A stretch of 64,000 nucleotides of DNA from Candidatus Latescibacterota bacterium (GTDB lineage: Bacteria > Latescibacterota > UBA2968 > UBA8231), in NCBI GenBank assembly GCA_965206595.1, contig OZ242214.1:2016001-2080000 (forward strand). The letters are read 5' to 3'. The notes beneath the pieces were generated by a model, which was given only the letters and a program-made list of their open reading frames with translations, did no database searches and was not told the DNA's origin. Shown here piece by piece: positions 9,766 through 19,793 of this stretch. The position numbers and the translations under genes are program-made. Numbering within the stretch: the first letter of the stretch is position 1; every line of letters begins with the position of its first letter.

Positions 9766-10998
9766 CTACGCCGCGGCCATGGACTCCCGCTCCTTGGCGA
9801 TCGCAGAAAGGATGAAATTCCCCGCCGACTCGATCTCTTCCTCAGTCGTAAAGCGACCGAGCCCGAAGCGCACGGTCTCTGCGGCGGCCGTATCGTCAAG
9901 TCCGATCGCCTTGAGGACATGAGAGGGCCCGGCGCCTCCCGATTTGCAGGCCGATCCGGAAGAAAGCGCGACCTTGTCGCGCAGGCCGTTCATCAAACTC
10001 CCGCTGTCGACATCTGGGAAGCGGAGGCTTAGGCAGCCCGGGAGTCGTAGCTCCGGGTGACCATTGGCGACCGCCGTTCCTGAGGCCTCGAGTTTGCGCT
10101 GCAGGTCATCGCGCAGAGCGCTGAGGCGCACTGCCTCCGCAGCCATCTCGAGACGGGCGATCTCACAGCTCGTACCGAGTCCGACTGCACCCGGTACGTT
10201 GATGGTACCCGAGCGCACTCCCCTCTCCTGTCCCCCACCTTCGAGCTGCGCGGAAAGGCGCAGGCGCGGGCGCCGATTCGAGCGCACGAAGAGCGCCCCC
10301 TCTCCTTTCGGAGCGAACAGCTTGTGTGCCGAGACCGACAACAGGTCTATGCCGAGGGCGTCGACATCGAGGGGGATCTTGCCGACCGCCTGCGCCGCAT
10401 CGCAATGCCAGGGCACGCCGAATTCTCGCGCCACCTCGCCGATAGCCGCAAGCGGCTGGATGGTTCCCAGCTCGTTGTTGGCGGCCATGACGGAAATGAG
10501 CAGGGTATCCTCCGAAACGGCCGCGCGCAGTTCCCCGGGATCGAGAATTCCGTACCTGTCGACCGGCAACACGACGATCTCGAAGCCGCGCTTTTCCAGC
10601 GACGCGCAACAGTCCAGGACCGAAGGATGTTCGGTCGCACAGGTGATGATCCTGCCTCCGGGACGGTCGCTGGCTTGGGCGAAACCCTTCAGGGCGAGGT
10701 TGTTTGCTTCCGTGGCACCGCTGGTGAAGACGATTTCGCGTTCTTTCGCGCCGATGAGCCGAGCGACCTCGGCACGGGCGGTGGCCACGGCATCGGCAGC
10801 TTGCCAACCGAACCCGTGGGTCGTGCTCGAGGCATTGCCGAAATGGCTTTCCAGGAACGGCAGGACTGCTTCCAGCACCCTCGGATCGACAGGCGTGGTC
10901 GCCAGGTTGTCGAGGTATATCGGAGCGTGGGGTGCAGGAGGGTGGCGGGTGTAACTAGACGCTGAAGGATTCGCCACAGCCGCAGGTCGTGCGGGCAT
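9766..10998 (-). CDS. iscS: Cysteine desulfurase (IscS/NifS class I)
   Basis: YLDNLATTP, FTSGATEANN, SAHK (PLP lysine), RSGT, SSGSAC (catalytic Cys). The start is uncertain because the listed ATG overlaps iscA by 44 nt. Confidence 0.9.
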   Translation of the reverse strand: MPARPAAVANPSASSYTRHPPAPHAPIYLDNLATTPVDPRVLEAVLPFLESHFGNASSTTHGFGWQAADAVATARAEVARLIGAKEREIVFTSGATEANNLALKGFAQASDRPGGRIITCATEHPSVLDCCASLEKRGFEIVVLPVDRYGILDPGELRAAVSEDTLLISVMAANNELGTIQPLAAIGEVAREFGVPWHCDAAQAVGKIPLDVDALGIDLLSVSAHKLFAPKGEGALFVRSNRRPRLRLSAQLEGGGQERGVRSGTINVPGAVGLGTSCEIARLEMAAEAVRLSALRDDLQRKLEASGTAVANGHPELRLPGCLSLRFPDVDSGSLMNGLRDKVALSSGSACKSGGAGPSHVLKAIGLDDTAAAETVRFGLGRFTTEEEIESAGNFILSAIAKERESMAAA

Positions 10999-11278
10999 TG
11001 GGATTCTCGATCTGAAACCCGGAACCCATCAACCCGTCGTCGAAGTTCAATACGACTCCGTTGAGGTAGAGGCTGCTCTTGGGATCGACGAAGACGCGGA
11101 CGCCGTTCGATTCGACCACCTGGTCCATCTTTCCGGGAGCTTCCTCGAATTCGAGTTGATACTGGAATCCGGAGCAACCGCCCCCGCGTACGGCCACGCG
11201 CAGGCCTTGGGTCGGGTCCCCTTCCTTCTCGAGCAGGGTTTGGATCTTGACGGCGGCGCCGTCGGTGACAGTAATCAT
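10955..11278 (-). CDS. iscA: A-type Fe-S carrier (HesB/IscA/ErpA family)
   Basis: GGCSGFQY and TCGCGESF signatures. Confidence 0.92.
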   Translation of the reverse strand: MITVTDGAAVKIQTLLEKEGDPTQGLRVAVRGGGCSGFQYQLEFEEAPGKMDQVVESNGVRVFVDPKSSLYLNGVVLNFDDGLMGSGFQIENPNARTTCGCGESFSV

Positions 11279-11310
11279 CGCTTTTCAGGTTCCCGTTAAA
11301 TTGCCGGAAG

Positions 11311-11778
11311 TCAGCTCTTATAGATCGCGCAATCGACCAGATCGGGTACATCTTCGATGCGTTGGTACACCTCGCAATTTTGACAATCGCGCTCGAACAC
11401 CTTGATCGAACACCGCAGACACCCCTTCAGCGCTTCGATTCCGCGTGCGGTGCGCTGCCGCATTTCGGTGTAGTGGGCGAGTTTATATTCGATCTCGCGC
11501 TGCTGCGCGTCGAGAAGCTCGATCATCGCCGTGGCCAGCTCGCCCCCGGTCCCGGCCTTGCGTCGCAGGCTGAACATCTCGCCTATGCGATCGAGCTCAA
11601 AGCCGAGGGCTTTCAGACTCTGGATGATCTCGAGACGACGCAACTGCTCGGAGGAGTAGAGCCGGAAGCCACCAATGGTCCGCTCTTGGGGCTCGACCAT
11701 CCCGAGCTCTTCGTAGTAGCGTACCGTGCGGGTCGATACCCCGGCGCGCGCTGCCAGATCGCCGATCCGCATCATCAT
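11311..11778 (-). CDS. MerR-family transcriptional regulator with Cys-rich C-terminus
   Basis: MRIGDLAARAGVSTRTVRYYEELG HTH, RLYS, LGFELDRI, coiled coil, then CLRC-x8-CQNC-x14-C. Confidence 0.9.
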   Translation of the reverse strand: MMMRIGDLAARAGVSTRTVRYYEELGMVEPQERTIGGFRLYSSEQLRRLEIIQSLKALGFELDRIGEMFSLRRKAGTGGELATAMIELLDAQQREIEYKLAHYTEMRQRTARGIEALKGCLRCSIKVFERDCQNCEVYQRIEDVPDLVDCAIYKS

Positions 11779-11836
11779 GCGGGGAAACCCTTGTCCGAGC
11801 TCAACATACCCGGCTGACGTTTTTTTGGTCTTTGGG

Positions 11837-11865
11837 AATGTATCCACCCCCTTTCCGAGTGTCAA
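11837..11865 (-). promoter_or_regulatory. sigma70-type promoter for merR-iscA-iscS
   Basis: TTGACA (11865-11860), 17-bp spacer, TACATT (11842-11837). Confidence 0.7.
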
Positions 11866-11983
11866 CGAAGCGGCCCTGCCCGCGTTCTTATCGCCATGGC
11901 GTTGTGGCTACCTGAAGCAGGGGAAACATTCGGGCGAGGGGGAACTTTCACGCGCCATACAGGTTATACCGGACCATAAGCTG

Positions 11984-14153
11984 ATGAAACCGCAAAGCCG
12001 CAAGAACGCGCTCCTCCGCGGGCTGATAAGCGGCGCTGGTGGTGCTGTTTGCAACAGGTTGTGCCCTCGTTGGGGGCGGCAACGACGCTCCATCAATTCG
12101 ATCTGGAGGGCCCGGTGGAGAATGCCGAGCGCATCTTCGTCGGCAGGTGCGAAGCCGCCTCAACGCTGAAACTTCACGGCTGATCTGCACGCGGTACGAA
12201 TTCGCCGTTGACGAGATGCTGAAAGGTGAGAAAGCGGACCGCATCGCGTGAACCTGCAAGGCGGTCCATACAGGCGCCCCCGGGGACGGGCCTGATCGCG
12301 GTCACCCGGATCCACTCCGATCCGGAGACCGGGAAGGTCGCCGACGCCGACATCGTCTTCAACGGTCGCGACTTCACTTTCGGGGATGGTGCGCAGCCGG
12401 GTGCCGTCGAGTTGCGCGACGTGGCCGTCCACGAGATAGGCCCCTGCTCGGGCTCGACCACACCCGCATCGAGGGACCGCCGGCGATTCGCCCGACCATG
12501 AATCCATTCTACAACGACGGCGGTCCGGGCGAAGAATTCACCCTCGAAGCAGACGACATCGCCGGGTTTCGATGATGTACCCTGCTCCCACCTTTGCCCT
12601 TTCGACAGGGAACAATCGCCGGCCGAATCACCGATGTCGAAGGCACCCCCGTCTTCGGGTGAGTGCTACGCCACCTTGTCCGGAGCCTTTCCCGAACTCG
12701 GAAACCGCAGCCGGCCCCGCAGGGAGGAATTCCTGCTTTCAGGCCTCCTGCCCGGCAGATATCGCCTGCAGATCGCCCCGCTTTCGGGACGCACCGACGA
12801 GGACAATTTCTCTGGGATTTTTTCCGGGGTCGGCATCGGGTTCCCGCGGGAGTACTACGACCATTTCGATCGCGAGGATCCTGCGACCACCCTATCCGTC
12901 GGCGCCGGGGAGGAGCTGGCCGGAGTGGAAATCACCACCGGATTCAGGCGTCAGGGATACCCCTACATGTGGCCGTTCGCAGAACTCGCCAACACCCCTT
13001 GCCGCGGCCCCTACACGGTGCTTGCCCGCGGTGAAAACGTCGCTGCGGCGGCGCTTTCGGTGCGGGTAGGCAAAAGCGAATACATTGCTGCGGACGCCGT
13101 CCTCATGCTGCCGATGCGACCCTGTAGAACTCTTTTCGAAGCTGAAATTCCAGGCCAGAAGCCCGGCTCTCGAGTTCATTATCAGCCGGAATCCGTCAGT
13201 CCCGGAGGCGGCCATAGAGACCGCAACCCGGGAGGCGACCGGGAGGCGACCCGGATCCGCCCTTGAGAGCGGGGCGGTTCCGTACGGGATCACCGCACTC
13301 GAGGATGTAGTCGCCGTATCCGATCTGCGCCACGATCGCGTTCTGGTTATCGACGGACCCGGAGCCCTGCTGCACTCGGTGCCGGTCGCGGGTCAGCCGC
13401 GCTAAATGGCGCTGAGCGCCGACGTTTCCCGTCTCTACGTGACCGGGCTTAGATCCTCCCTCCTGACCGTCATAGACACCAGGACCTGGCAGGTCTCCAA
13501 CAGGATCGATCTGCAGATCGCAGGCTCCTTCGCAGTCGCGGCCACCCCGGGCGAAAGAAGGATCTACCTGACGCACACGAAGAGGGCGCCCTCATCGTGA
13601 TGGATGCCGAATCGGAGAGCGTCGTCAGGCAGGTGCCGGTAGGGGTCGATCCAAGGGCCGTCTCCTTCTCGCCTTCCGGTGACCGCGTCTTCGTGACCAA
13701 CGCCGGCTCGGGGGAGATCCACGTACTTTCGACCCGCGACGAGACCCTCACTAGCATCTACGAGATCGGTGAGGGAGCGAGAGGGATAGCGGTTTTTCCG
13801 CCCCGGCACTCCATGAGACCAGCACCCATACGGTTGATTCCGCCGGCCTCCCTCCCCGGTTCGGCATCGAAAGGCTCTACTCCAACCCCTTCAACGCCAC
13901 GGTACGGGTCGAGTTCTCACCGGATCGACCAGTAGCTGGCTCCGGTGGTACGTCCCCGGCTGCAGCGCACCTGGAGATATACTGCTTGGGCAGAGCGTGC
14001 GGACCCTCGTCGAATAGGATGCCTCCTGGCAGGCATGTGGTTGCCTGGAACCGGCGGGACGGGGCCGGACTGCCCCTGGCCAGCGGTGTCTATGTCGCCG
14101 TCATGCGATCCGCGTCGGCTACGAGCAGCCGGAAAGTAATTCTTCTCAGGTAG
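11984..14153 (+). pseudogene. Fragmented secreted matrixin-type metalloprotease with YVTN beta-propeller and C-terminal FlgD/T9SS-like sorting domain
   Basis: Fragments in shifting frames: AERIFVGRC..YEFAVDEMLKG; DADIVFN; VAVHEIG then LLGLDH after a frameshift (HExGHxxGxxH); PTMNPFY...LEADDIAG Met-turn; GLLPGRYRL; VPVGVDPRAVSFSPSGDRVFVTN; NPFNAT...SGVY...RKVILLR-stop at 14153. Confidence 0.8.
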
Positions 14154-14167
14154 CCGGTGTCGGGCCA

Positions 14168-15121
14168 CTAGGAAGTCGCCGGGGCATCCTCGCGGATGAA
14201 ACCCTCGACGCTGAAGTAGCGGAAGCCCGTATCGCAAAAGATGGTCACCAGCCGTTTCCCAGGGCCCAGACTTGCGGCGACTCTCAGGGCTGCCGCGACG
14301 TTTGCGCCCGAGGAGGGTCCGACCAGCAACCCCTCCTCTTTTGCCAATCGCCGGGTGTAGGCGAAAGCCGTCTCGTCCGTCACGCGGACGACCTCGTCTA
14401 TGACGTCCTGCCGCAGGATCGGGGGAACGAAGCCGGCACCGATTCCCTGTATGCCGTGCAAGCCTGGCTCACCTCCTGACAGAACTGGCGAGCGCTCAGG
14501 CTCCACCGCGATTACGCGGACACCCGGGACCTCGCGCTTCAGCACCTCTCCCACCCCCGAGATAGTGCCTCCCGTGCCGACTCCTGCTACGAAGGCGTCG
14601 AGTTGGCCATCGGTCCCTTCGAGAATCTCACGCGCCGTGGTCTCGCGGTGGATTTGCGGGTTCGCGGCGTTGCGGAACTGCTGCGGCATGAAGATTCCCT
14701 CCGGGTTGGCGGCGACCAGCTCTTCCGCCTTGCGTATGGCCCCTGCCATATCTTCCGCGCCCGGGGTAAGGATGATGCGAGCGCCGTACGCAGCCATAAC
14801 CGAAACGCGCTCCCAACTCATGCTGTCCGGCATCGTCAGGATGAGATCGTATCCGAGCGCCGAGGCCGCCATGGCAAGCGCGATCCCGGTGTTGCCGCTC
14901 GTCGGCTCGACGATCGCCATGCTCCTCTTCAGCACTCCCGCTTCCTCGGCGGCCCTGATCATGCTGAGACCGATGCGATCCTTGACACTGCCGCCCGGGT
15001 TGAGGGCTTCAAGCTTCCCGAGGATCTCCGACCCGTTCTCCGGCAAGATCCTGGCCAGCCGGATCATCGGTGTGGCCCCGATGGTGTCGAGGATTGACTT
15101 GGCGGTTGGCAGGGAGATCAA
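14168..15121 (-). CDS. cysK: Cysteine synthase A
   Basis: NPGGSVKDR (PLP lysine), EPTSGNTG, GVGTGGT, IQGIGAG. Confidence 0.95.
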   Translation of the reverse strand: MISLPTAKSILDTIGATPMIRLARILPENGSEILGKLEALNPGGSVKDRIGLSMIRAAEEAGVLKRSMAIVEPTSGNTGIALAMAASALGYDLILTMPDSMSWERVSVMAAYGARIILTPGAEDMAGAIRKAEELVAANPEGIFMPQQFRNAANPQIHRETTAREILEGTDGQLDAFVAGVGTGGTISGVGEVLKREVPGVRVIAVEPERSPVLSGGEPGLHGIQGIGAGFVPPILRQDVIDEVVRVTDETAFAYTRRLAKEEGLLVGPSSGANVAAALRVAASLGPGKRLVTIFCDTGFRYFSVEGFIREDAPATS

Positions 15122-15165
15122 GAGGAATTTCCGGTAATCGGGATCACTTGGAGCGGGACTCCGGA

Positions 15166-17295
15166 CTATCCCCGCCTCCGCCTGCGGGCCCTGCCCCCGG
15201 AATCGCTCTCCGCGAGTCGCTGTGCGAGGGTCTGGGGGGCTTCAATCGGCGGCGAGCAGACCATCTCCTCGCAGACGTAGGCAGCCTGCAGGCTGTTGGC
15301 ACACTTTCCGGCGAGTAGCGGCACCAGGCGCTCGGCTTCCTCGGGTGTCGAGTCGCCCCCTGCCCGGGATGGCCAACCGCACATCACCTTGTTCGGAAGG
15401 AAATACTCGTAAACAACGGCGGCGAGTGACTGGGGGCCTGCACCCTCGCCGACAACGGCGATCTCGAGAGGGGTCTGCAACGAGAAATCCAACGCGCATC
15501 CCATCTGCGCGAAGGACGTCGGTGATCGCTCCAGGAGCCCTGCAAACGAACCAACCGTGCGAACCCCTTTATCCCACAGCGATTCATCTCCGGTAAGCGC
15601 CCCTAGGCGCATCATCGCCAGGGCGGCCATCGAGTTGCCGGAAGGCGTGGCATTGTCGAAAGGGTTCCTGCTGCGGACGATCAGGTCGGTGGCTCCTGCT
15701 TCCGTGAAGAAAAAAGACGCGCCCTCCGGGTCCCAGAATCGCTCCACCATTTGACCCGTCAGCTCGACTGCCGCCCGCAGCCACCCGGTCTCGTAGGAAG
15801 CCTCGTACAGATCGACGAGACCGTTGATGAAACAGGCGTAGTCGTCCTGGAATCCGCTCCCGCCCGACTTCCCGTCCTTGAAGGAATGCATCAGGGCGCC
15901 GGTGTTCGAGCGCAATTCGGAAAGAATGAAGGTTGCAGCGGCGTCCCCCGAGTCGATGTAGCGCCGGTGACCAAGAACAGCATAAGCCCGCGCCATGGCT
16001 GAAATCATCAGACCGTTCCAGGCGACGACGATCTTGTCGTCACGATCGGGCCGGATGCGCTTCTCCCTTACCGCGAGCAGGCGTTCTCTTCCAAGCGCCA
16101 CCGCGCGCTGTAGTTCATCGACCTCGACCCCGAGTAATGCCCCCAGATCAGCCATTTCCGAGCTGACGTGGAGGATGTTCTTTCCTTCGAAGTTGCCCTC
16201 GGTTGTGACGTCGTAGTAGCGGCAGAAAAGGCGCGCCTGTTCCGCGGGAAGGTGCCCTTCGACTTCATCGCTCGTCCACAGGAAAAACAGGCCTTCCTCC
16301 CCTTCGCTGTCGGCGTCCTGGGTTGCGGAGTACCCGCCTCGGGGCTGCGCCATCTCGCGCAGAACGTAGTCCAGGGTCTCCTCCGCGACTCTGCGGTAAA
16401 GGCCCTTGCGCGTGACCTGGTAGGCTTCGAGGTACGTCACCGCGAGCAGGGCGTTGTCGTAAAGCATTTTCTCGAAGTGCGGAACCAGCCAGCGCTCGTC
16501 CACGGAATAGCGGTGAAAACCACCACCTAGCTGATCGTAGATCCCGCCCCGCGCCATTTTGTCCAAGGTGCGCTCCACCATGTGCAAGGCGTGCTCATTC
16601 CCGCTACGCAGGTAGAAACGCAACATCTGCGAAAGCCCCATGCTGTGGGGGAATTTGGGGGCGCTGCCGAAGCCGCCGAACTCGGAATCGAAGGTCTGAG
16701 CGTGGTGCTCGAATGCGGCGTCCTGCGTAGCGTCGGAAGCTCCCGGCTCGCGACCTCCCCCACCGAGACCTGCAAGGTCGCCTTGCCGCTGAAGGACGGA
16801 CAGCAGACGCCCTGCCTGCTGCTCGATCCGGTCTCTGTGATTGCGGTAGTGGTCGGCCACCGCGGCGATGACCCTGGGGAATCCAGGTTGTCCGTGGCGG
16901 TCCTCGGGAGGGTAGTAGGTCCCTCCATAGAATGGCCGCAAGTCCGGAGTTAGAAAAACCGTCATCGGCCAGCCCCCGCTTCCCGTCATCGCCTGGACCG
17001 CAGCCATGTAGATCTCATCGAGATCCGGTCGCTCTTCGCGGTCGACCTTGATATTGATGAACATGTCGTTCATCAGGGCGGCAATGCGGTCGTTTTCGAA
17101 TGACTCACGCTCCATCACGTGACACCAGTGACATGCCGAATAGCCGATGGAAAGCAGGATGGGGCGGTCAAGGGAACGGGCGGAATCCAGGGCTTCTTCT
17201 CCCCAGGGATACCAGTTTACCGGGTTGCCTGCATGCTGCCGCAGGTAGGGGCTCGTCTCCAGGGCCAAGCGGTTCCGCGTGTCCGGCTCGCTCAT
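15166..17295 (-). CDS. Thioredoxin domain-containing protein YyaL/SSP411 (DUF255)
   Basis: [49 protein letters not shown]. Confidence 0.93.
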   Translation of the reverse strand: MSEPDTRNRLALETSPYLRQHAGNPVNWYPWGEEALDSARSLDRPILLSIGYSACHWCHVMERESFENDRIAALMNDMFINIKVDREERPDLDEIYMAAVQAMTGSGGWPMTVFLTPDLRPFYGGTYYPPEDRHGQPGFPRVIAAVADHYRNHRDRIEQQAGRLLSVLQRQGDLAGLGGGGREPGASDATQDAAFEHHAQTFDSEFGGFGSAPKFPHSMGLSQMLRFYLRSGNEHALHMVERTLDKMARGGIYDQLGGGFHRYSVDERWLVPHFEKMLYDNALLAVTYLEAYQVTRKGLYRRVAEETLDYVLREMAQPRGGYSATQDADSEGEEGLFFLWTSDEVEGHLPAEQARLFCRYYDVTTEGNFEGKNILHVSSEMADLGALLGVEVDELQRAVALGRERLLAVREKRIRPDRDDKIVVAWNGLMISAMARAYAVLGHRRYIDSGDAAATFILSELRSNTGALMHSFKDGKSGGSGFQDDYACFINGLVDLYEASYETGWLRAAVELTGQMVERFWDPEGASFFFTEAGATDLIVRSRNPFDNATPSGNSMAALAMMRLGALTGDESLWDKGVRTVGSFAGLLERSPTSFAQMGCALDFSLQTPLEIAVVGEGAGPQSLAAVVYEYFLPNKVMCGWPSRAGGDSTPEEAERLVPLLAGKCANSLQAAYVCEEMVCSPPIEAPQTLAQRLAESDSGGRARRRRRG

Positions 17296-17362
17296 TGTCT
17301 TTTAAAGGAGATGAAATGATGTAACCGCTTGCTGCAGCAGTAATTCCTGGAATGTAACCTGG

Positions 17363-17519
17363 TGTCCCCGGGCCGACAATTTGCCAGGTGTTACGCATGA
17401 TACCCAGCGACGTCGCCTGCAGTTCACAGGCCAGAGGCCCCTTCCTTCCGGCTGGTTTGCCGCTACCCCTTGCTCATCAAGGGGTTACGGCGTGCCACGA
17501 ACTTTGGCATGGAACGTGC
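17363..17519 (+). promoter_or_regulatory. Putative sigma54 promoter with IHF site and upstream activator sequence for ssb
   Basis: TGGCATGGAACGTGC at 17505-17519 (GG-N10-GC); CATCAAGGGGTTA at 17475-17487 (IHF-like WATCAANNNNTTR, one mismatch); TGT-N10-ACA at 17363-17378. Confidence 0.62.
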
Positions 17520-17575
17520 GGAAGGGGCTGCATCGATCATCCCCCCCAATCCCCGATACCCAGGGAGGTCAGAGC

Positions 17576-18001
17576 ATGTCCGAACTGAGGATGCCCGCTG
17601 TGAACCAGGTCTCCATTGCCGGCAGGCTGGTTCAGGATCCGGAGTACCGTATCACCGACAACGGCAGCGCCAGGCTCAGTGCCCGCATTGCCGTCAACCG
17701 ATCCTACCGCGACCGCGACGGTGAATGGCAGGACGAAGCGTCCTTCTTCAACATAGTCGCATGGCAGAAGCTGGCCGAATTCGGCGCCGAGCGCTTACGT
17801 AAAGGGACTCCCGTGTTCCTGACCGGAAGGCTTCGCAGCCACTCTTGGCGCGACGAAGAAGAGAACCCCCACTCGATCGTCGAGATCCAGTTGCGGAATC
17901 TCCAGATCCTGGAACGCCCCCTTAATTCCGAATCCTTGTCGAGCGTGGAAATCGACCAGGAAGGCGAGGAGGAGCTGGAGCTCGGAGCCGTTGCCGCCTA
18001 G
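17576..18001 (+). CDS. ssb: Single-stranded DNA-binding protein (paralog lacking the DDDIPF tail)
   Basis: NQVSIAGRLVQDPE, IAVNRSYRD, FFNIVAW, GRLRSHSW OB-fold; GGAGG RBS before ATG 17576. Confidence 0.92.
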   Translation: MSELRMPAVNQVSIAGRLVQDPEYRITDNGSARLSARIAVNRSYRDRDGEWQDEASFFNIVAWQKLAEFGAERLRKGTPVFLTGRLRSHSWRDEEENPHSIVEIQLRNLQILERPLNSESLSSVEIDQEGEEELELGAVAA

Positions 18002-18189
18002 GTAACTTTGCACGTGCCGGGAAACCAAACCAGGGCGGAAGGATTCGTCCTTGCGCCCTGGCGCCCCTACTCGTAAGGAGTCGTAGGGCGAGCTTGACCC
18101 CGTGCTAAGGTATGGAGGAGAAACCCTGCGATCGGTAGGATGCGATACCGGAAACCCCCCTCGATGCAAAACGCCCCTCCTCGATGCCT

Positions 18190-19374
18190 TTAGGCCGGGA
18201 TCTCGAACAGCGTGGCTATGCCCATTCCGCCGCCGATGCACAAAGCCGCGATACCACGTCGGGCCCGGCGCCGCACCATCTCGTGAATCAGGGTGACCGC
18301 AATACGGGCCCCACTCGCTCCGACGGCGTGGCCGAGAGCGATCGCTCCTCCGTTGACGTTGACCCGAGCTTCGTCCCAGTCCAGCTCCTTACCTACGGCC
18401 AGGGACTGGGCGGCGAACGCTTCGTTAACCTCGAGCAGGTCGATGTCGTCAAGCGTCAAACCGGTTTTTCCCAACAGCTTGCGAATCGCCGGGGCAGGGC
18501 CGATCCCCATGATTCTCGGGTCGACTCCCGCGGTCGCCGTGGCTCTGGCACAGGCGACGGGAGCTGCCCCCCGGCGCCGGGCGCGGTCGCCCGACATCAA
18601 AAGGAGAGCCGCCGCCCCGTCGTTGATGCCTGAGGAGTTTCCGGCGGTCACGGTGCCGTCGTTTTTAAACGCGGGGCGGAGTTGCCCGAGACGCTCTAGG
18701 CTAGTGTCCTTGCGCGGGTGTTCGTCGACGTCGAACACCGATGGATCCCCCTTGCGCTGTGGCACCATGACCGGGGCGATTTGGTCCGCGAACAGCCCGG
18801 CGGCGTGAGCGCGGTGATAGTTTTCCTGACTCCGCATCGCAAAGCGGTCCTGGTCTTCGCGAGATATCCGGTACTGATCTGCCAGGTTCTCCGCGGTATT
18901 CCCCATGTGGCAATCGTAAAAGCAGTCCCAGAGACCGTCCATTATCATCAGATCGGTCACTTCTCCATGACCGAGACGCTGTCCCCACCGGCTCCCCTGA
19001 AGGCCGTACGGTACTCTGCTCATGTTCTCCGCCCCACCCGCCACCACGACTTCGGCCTCCCCGGTGACGATCGCTTGGGCCCCCAGTGCTATCGATTTCA
19101 GTCCCGAGCCGCAAAGCTTGTTTATGGTCATCGCCGGCACGTCGTAAGGCACGCCCGCTGCGACCGCGGCCTGGCGGGCGACGTTCGGTCCAAGGCCGCC
19201 CTGGTAAATCGTACCCATGATGACCTCGTCGACGTCGGCCGGGTCAGTCTGCCCCCGCGCCAGCACGGCCTGGACAACGGAAGATCCGAGTGATTGCGTA
19301 TCGACCTCGCGCAACGCACCCCCAAAGGTCCCCGTGGCAGTGCGTACGGCGCTGACGACTACAGGGCTTGCCAT
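18190..19374 (-). CDS. Acetyl-CoA C-acetyltransferase (thiolase)
   Basis: NKLCGSG, NEAFA, GHAVGASG and CIGGG catalytic motifs. Confidence 0.95.
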   Translation of the reverse strand: MASPVVVSAVRTATGTFGGALREVDTQSLGSSVVQAVLARGQTDPADVDEVIMGTIYQGGLGPNVARQAAVAAGVPYDVPAMTINKLCGSGLKSIALGAQAIVTGEAEVVVAGGAENMSRVPYGLQGSRWGQRLGHGEVTDLMIMDGLWDCFYDCHMGNTAENLADQYRISREDQDRFAMRSQENYHRAHAAGLFADQIAPVMVPQRKGDPSVFDVDEHPRKDTSLERLGQLRPAFKNDGTVTAGNSSGINDGAAALLLMSGDRARRRGAAPVACARATATAGVDPRIMGIGPAPAIRKLLGKTGLTLDDIDLLEVNEAFAAQSLAVGKELDWDEARVNVNGGAIALGHAVGASGARIAVTLIHEMVRRRARRGIAALCIGGGMGIATLFEIPA

Positions 19375-19674
19375 GCTCTTCTCCTACCTCACAATAACGG
19401 GGAAAGGTCGCGTTGACCAGATGTAGGTACGATCCTATCTTTTGAAAAATCAACACCATAAGGAACATTCCGAGGGGGAGTGTTGTCCATTTTGAGAAAT
19501 AGATCCTCCTGTAACACGCAGTCCTCAAGCATGATGGCACGGAAGAGGTGCAACCCTGAATTCGGAATGCTCACCGAGCGTTTCAGGTAAGGGGGAACCG
19601 CTCCGACACAGCGATGGGCAACCGACTCTTCGCCCTGATTGGTCGGACCTGACGTTCGGTTTCACTGTTTCTTT

Positions 19675-19750
19675 GGGGCAGTAGCTCAGTTGGGAGAGCG
19701 CGGGCTTTGCAAGCCTGAGGTCGTCGGTTCGATCCCGATCTGCTCCACCA
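19675..19750 (+). tRNA. tRNA-Ala (anticodon TGC)
   Basis: GGGGCAG/CTGCTCC acceptor stem with G3:U70, D-arm TAGCTCAGTTGGGAGAGC, anticodon loop TT-TGC-AA, GGTTCGATC T-loop, encoded CCA; 76 nt. Confidence 0.97.
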
Positions 19751-19793
19751 GCCTTGCTCACGGACATTGGCCGAGGGTGTGGGTTCACACTCT

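Noticed and set aside
17430-17460. CCGGAAGGAAG on the minus strand resembling the SRP RNA domain IV loop
   Set aside because: Lacks the flanking CAGG and CAGC and the long enclosing stem.
19535-19552. TGGCAC...TGCA upstream of tRNA-Ala as a sigma54 promoter
   Set aside because: GG-to-GC spacing is 12 nt rather than the required 10.
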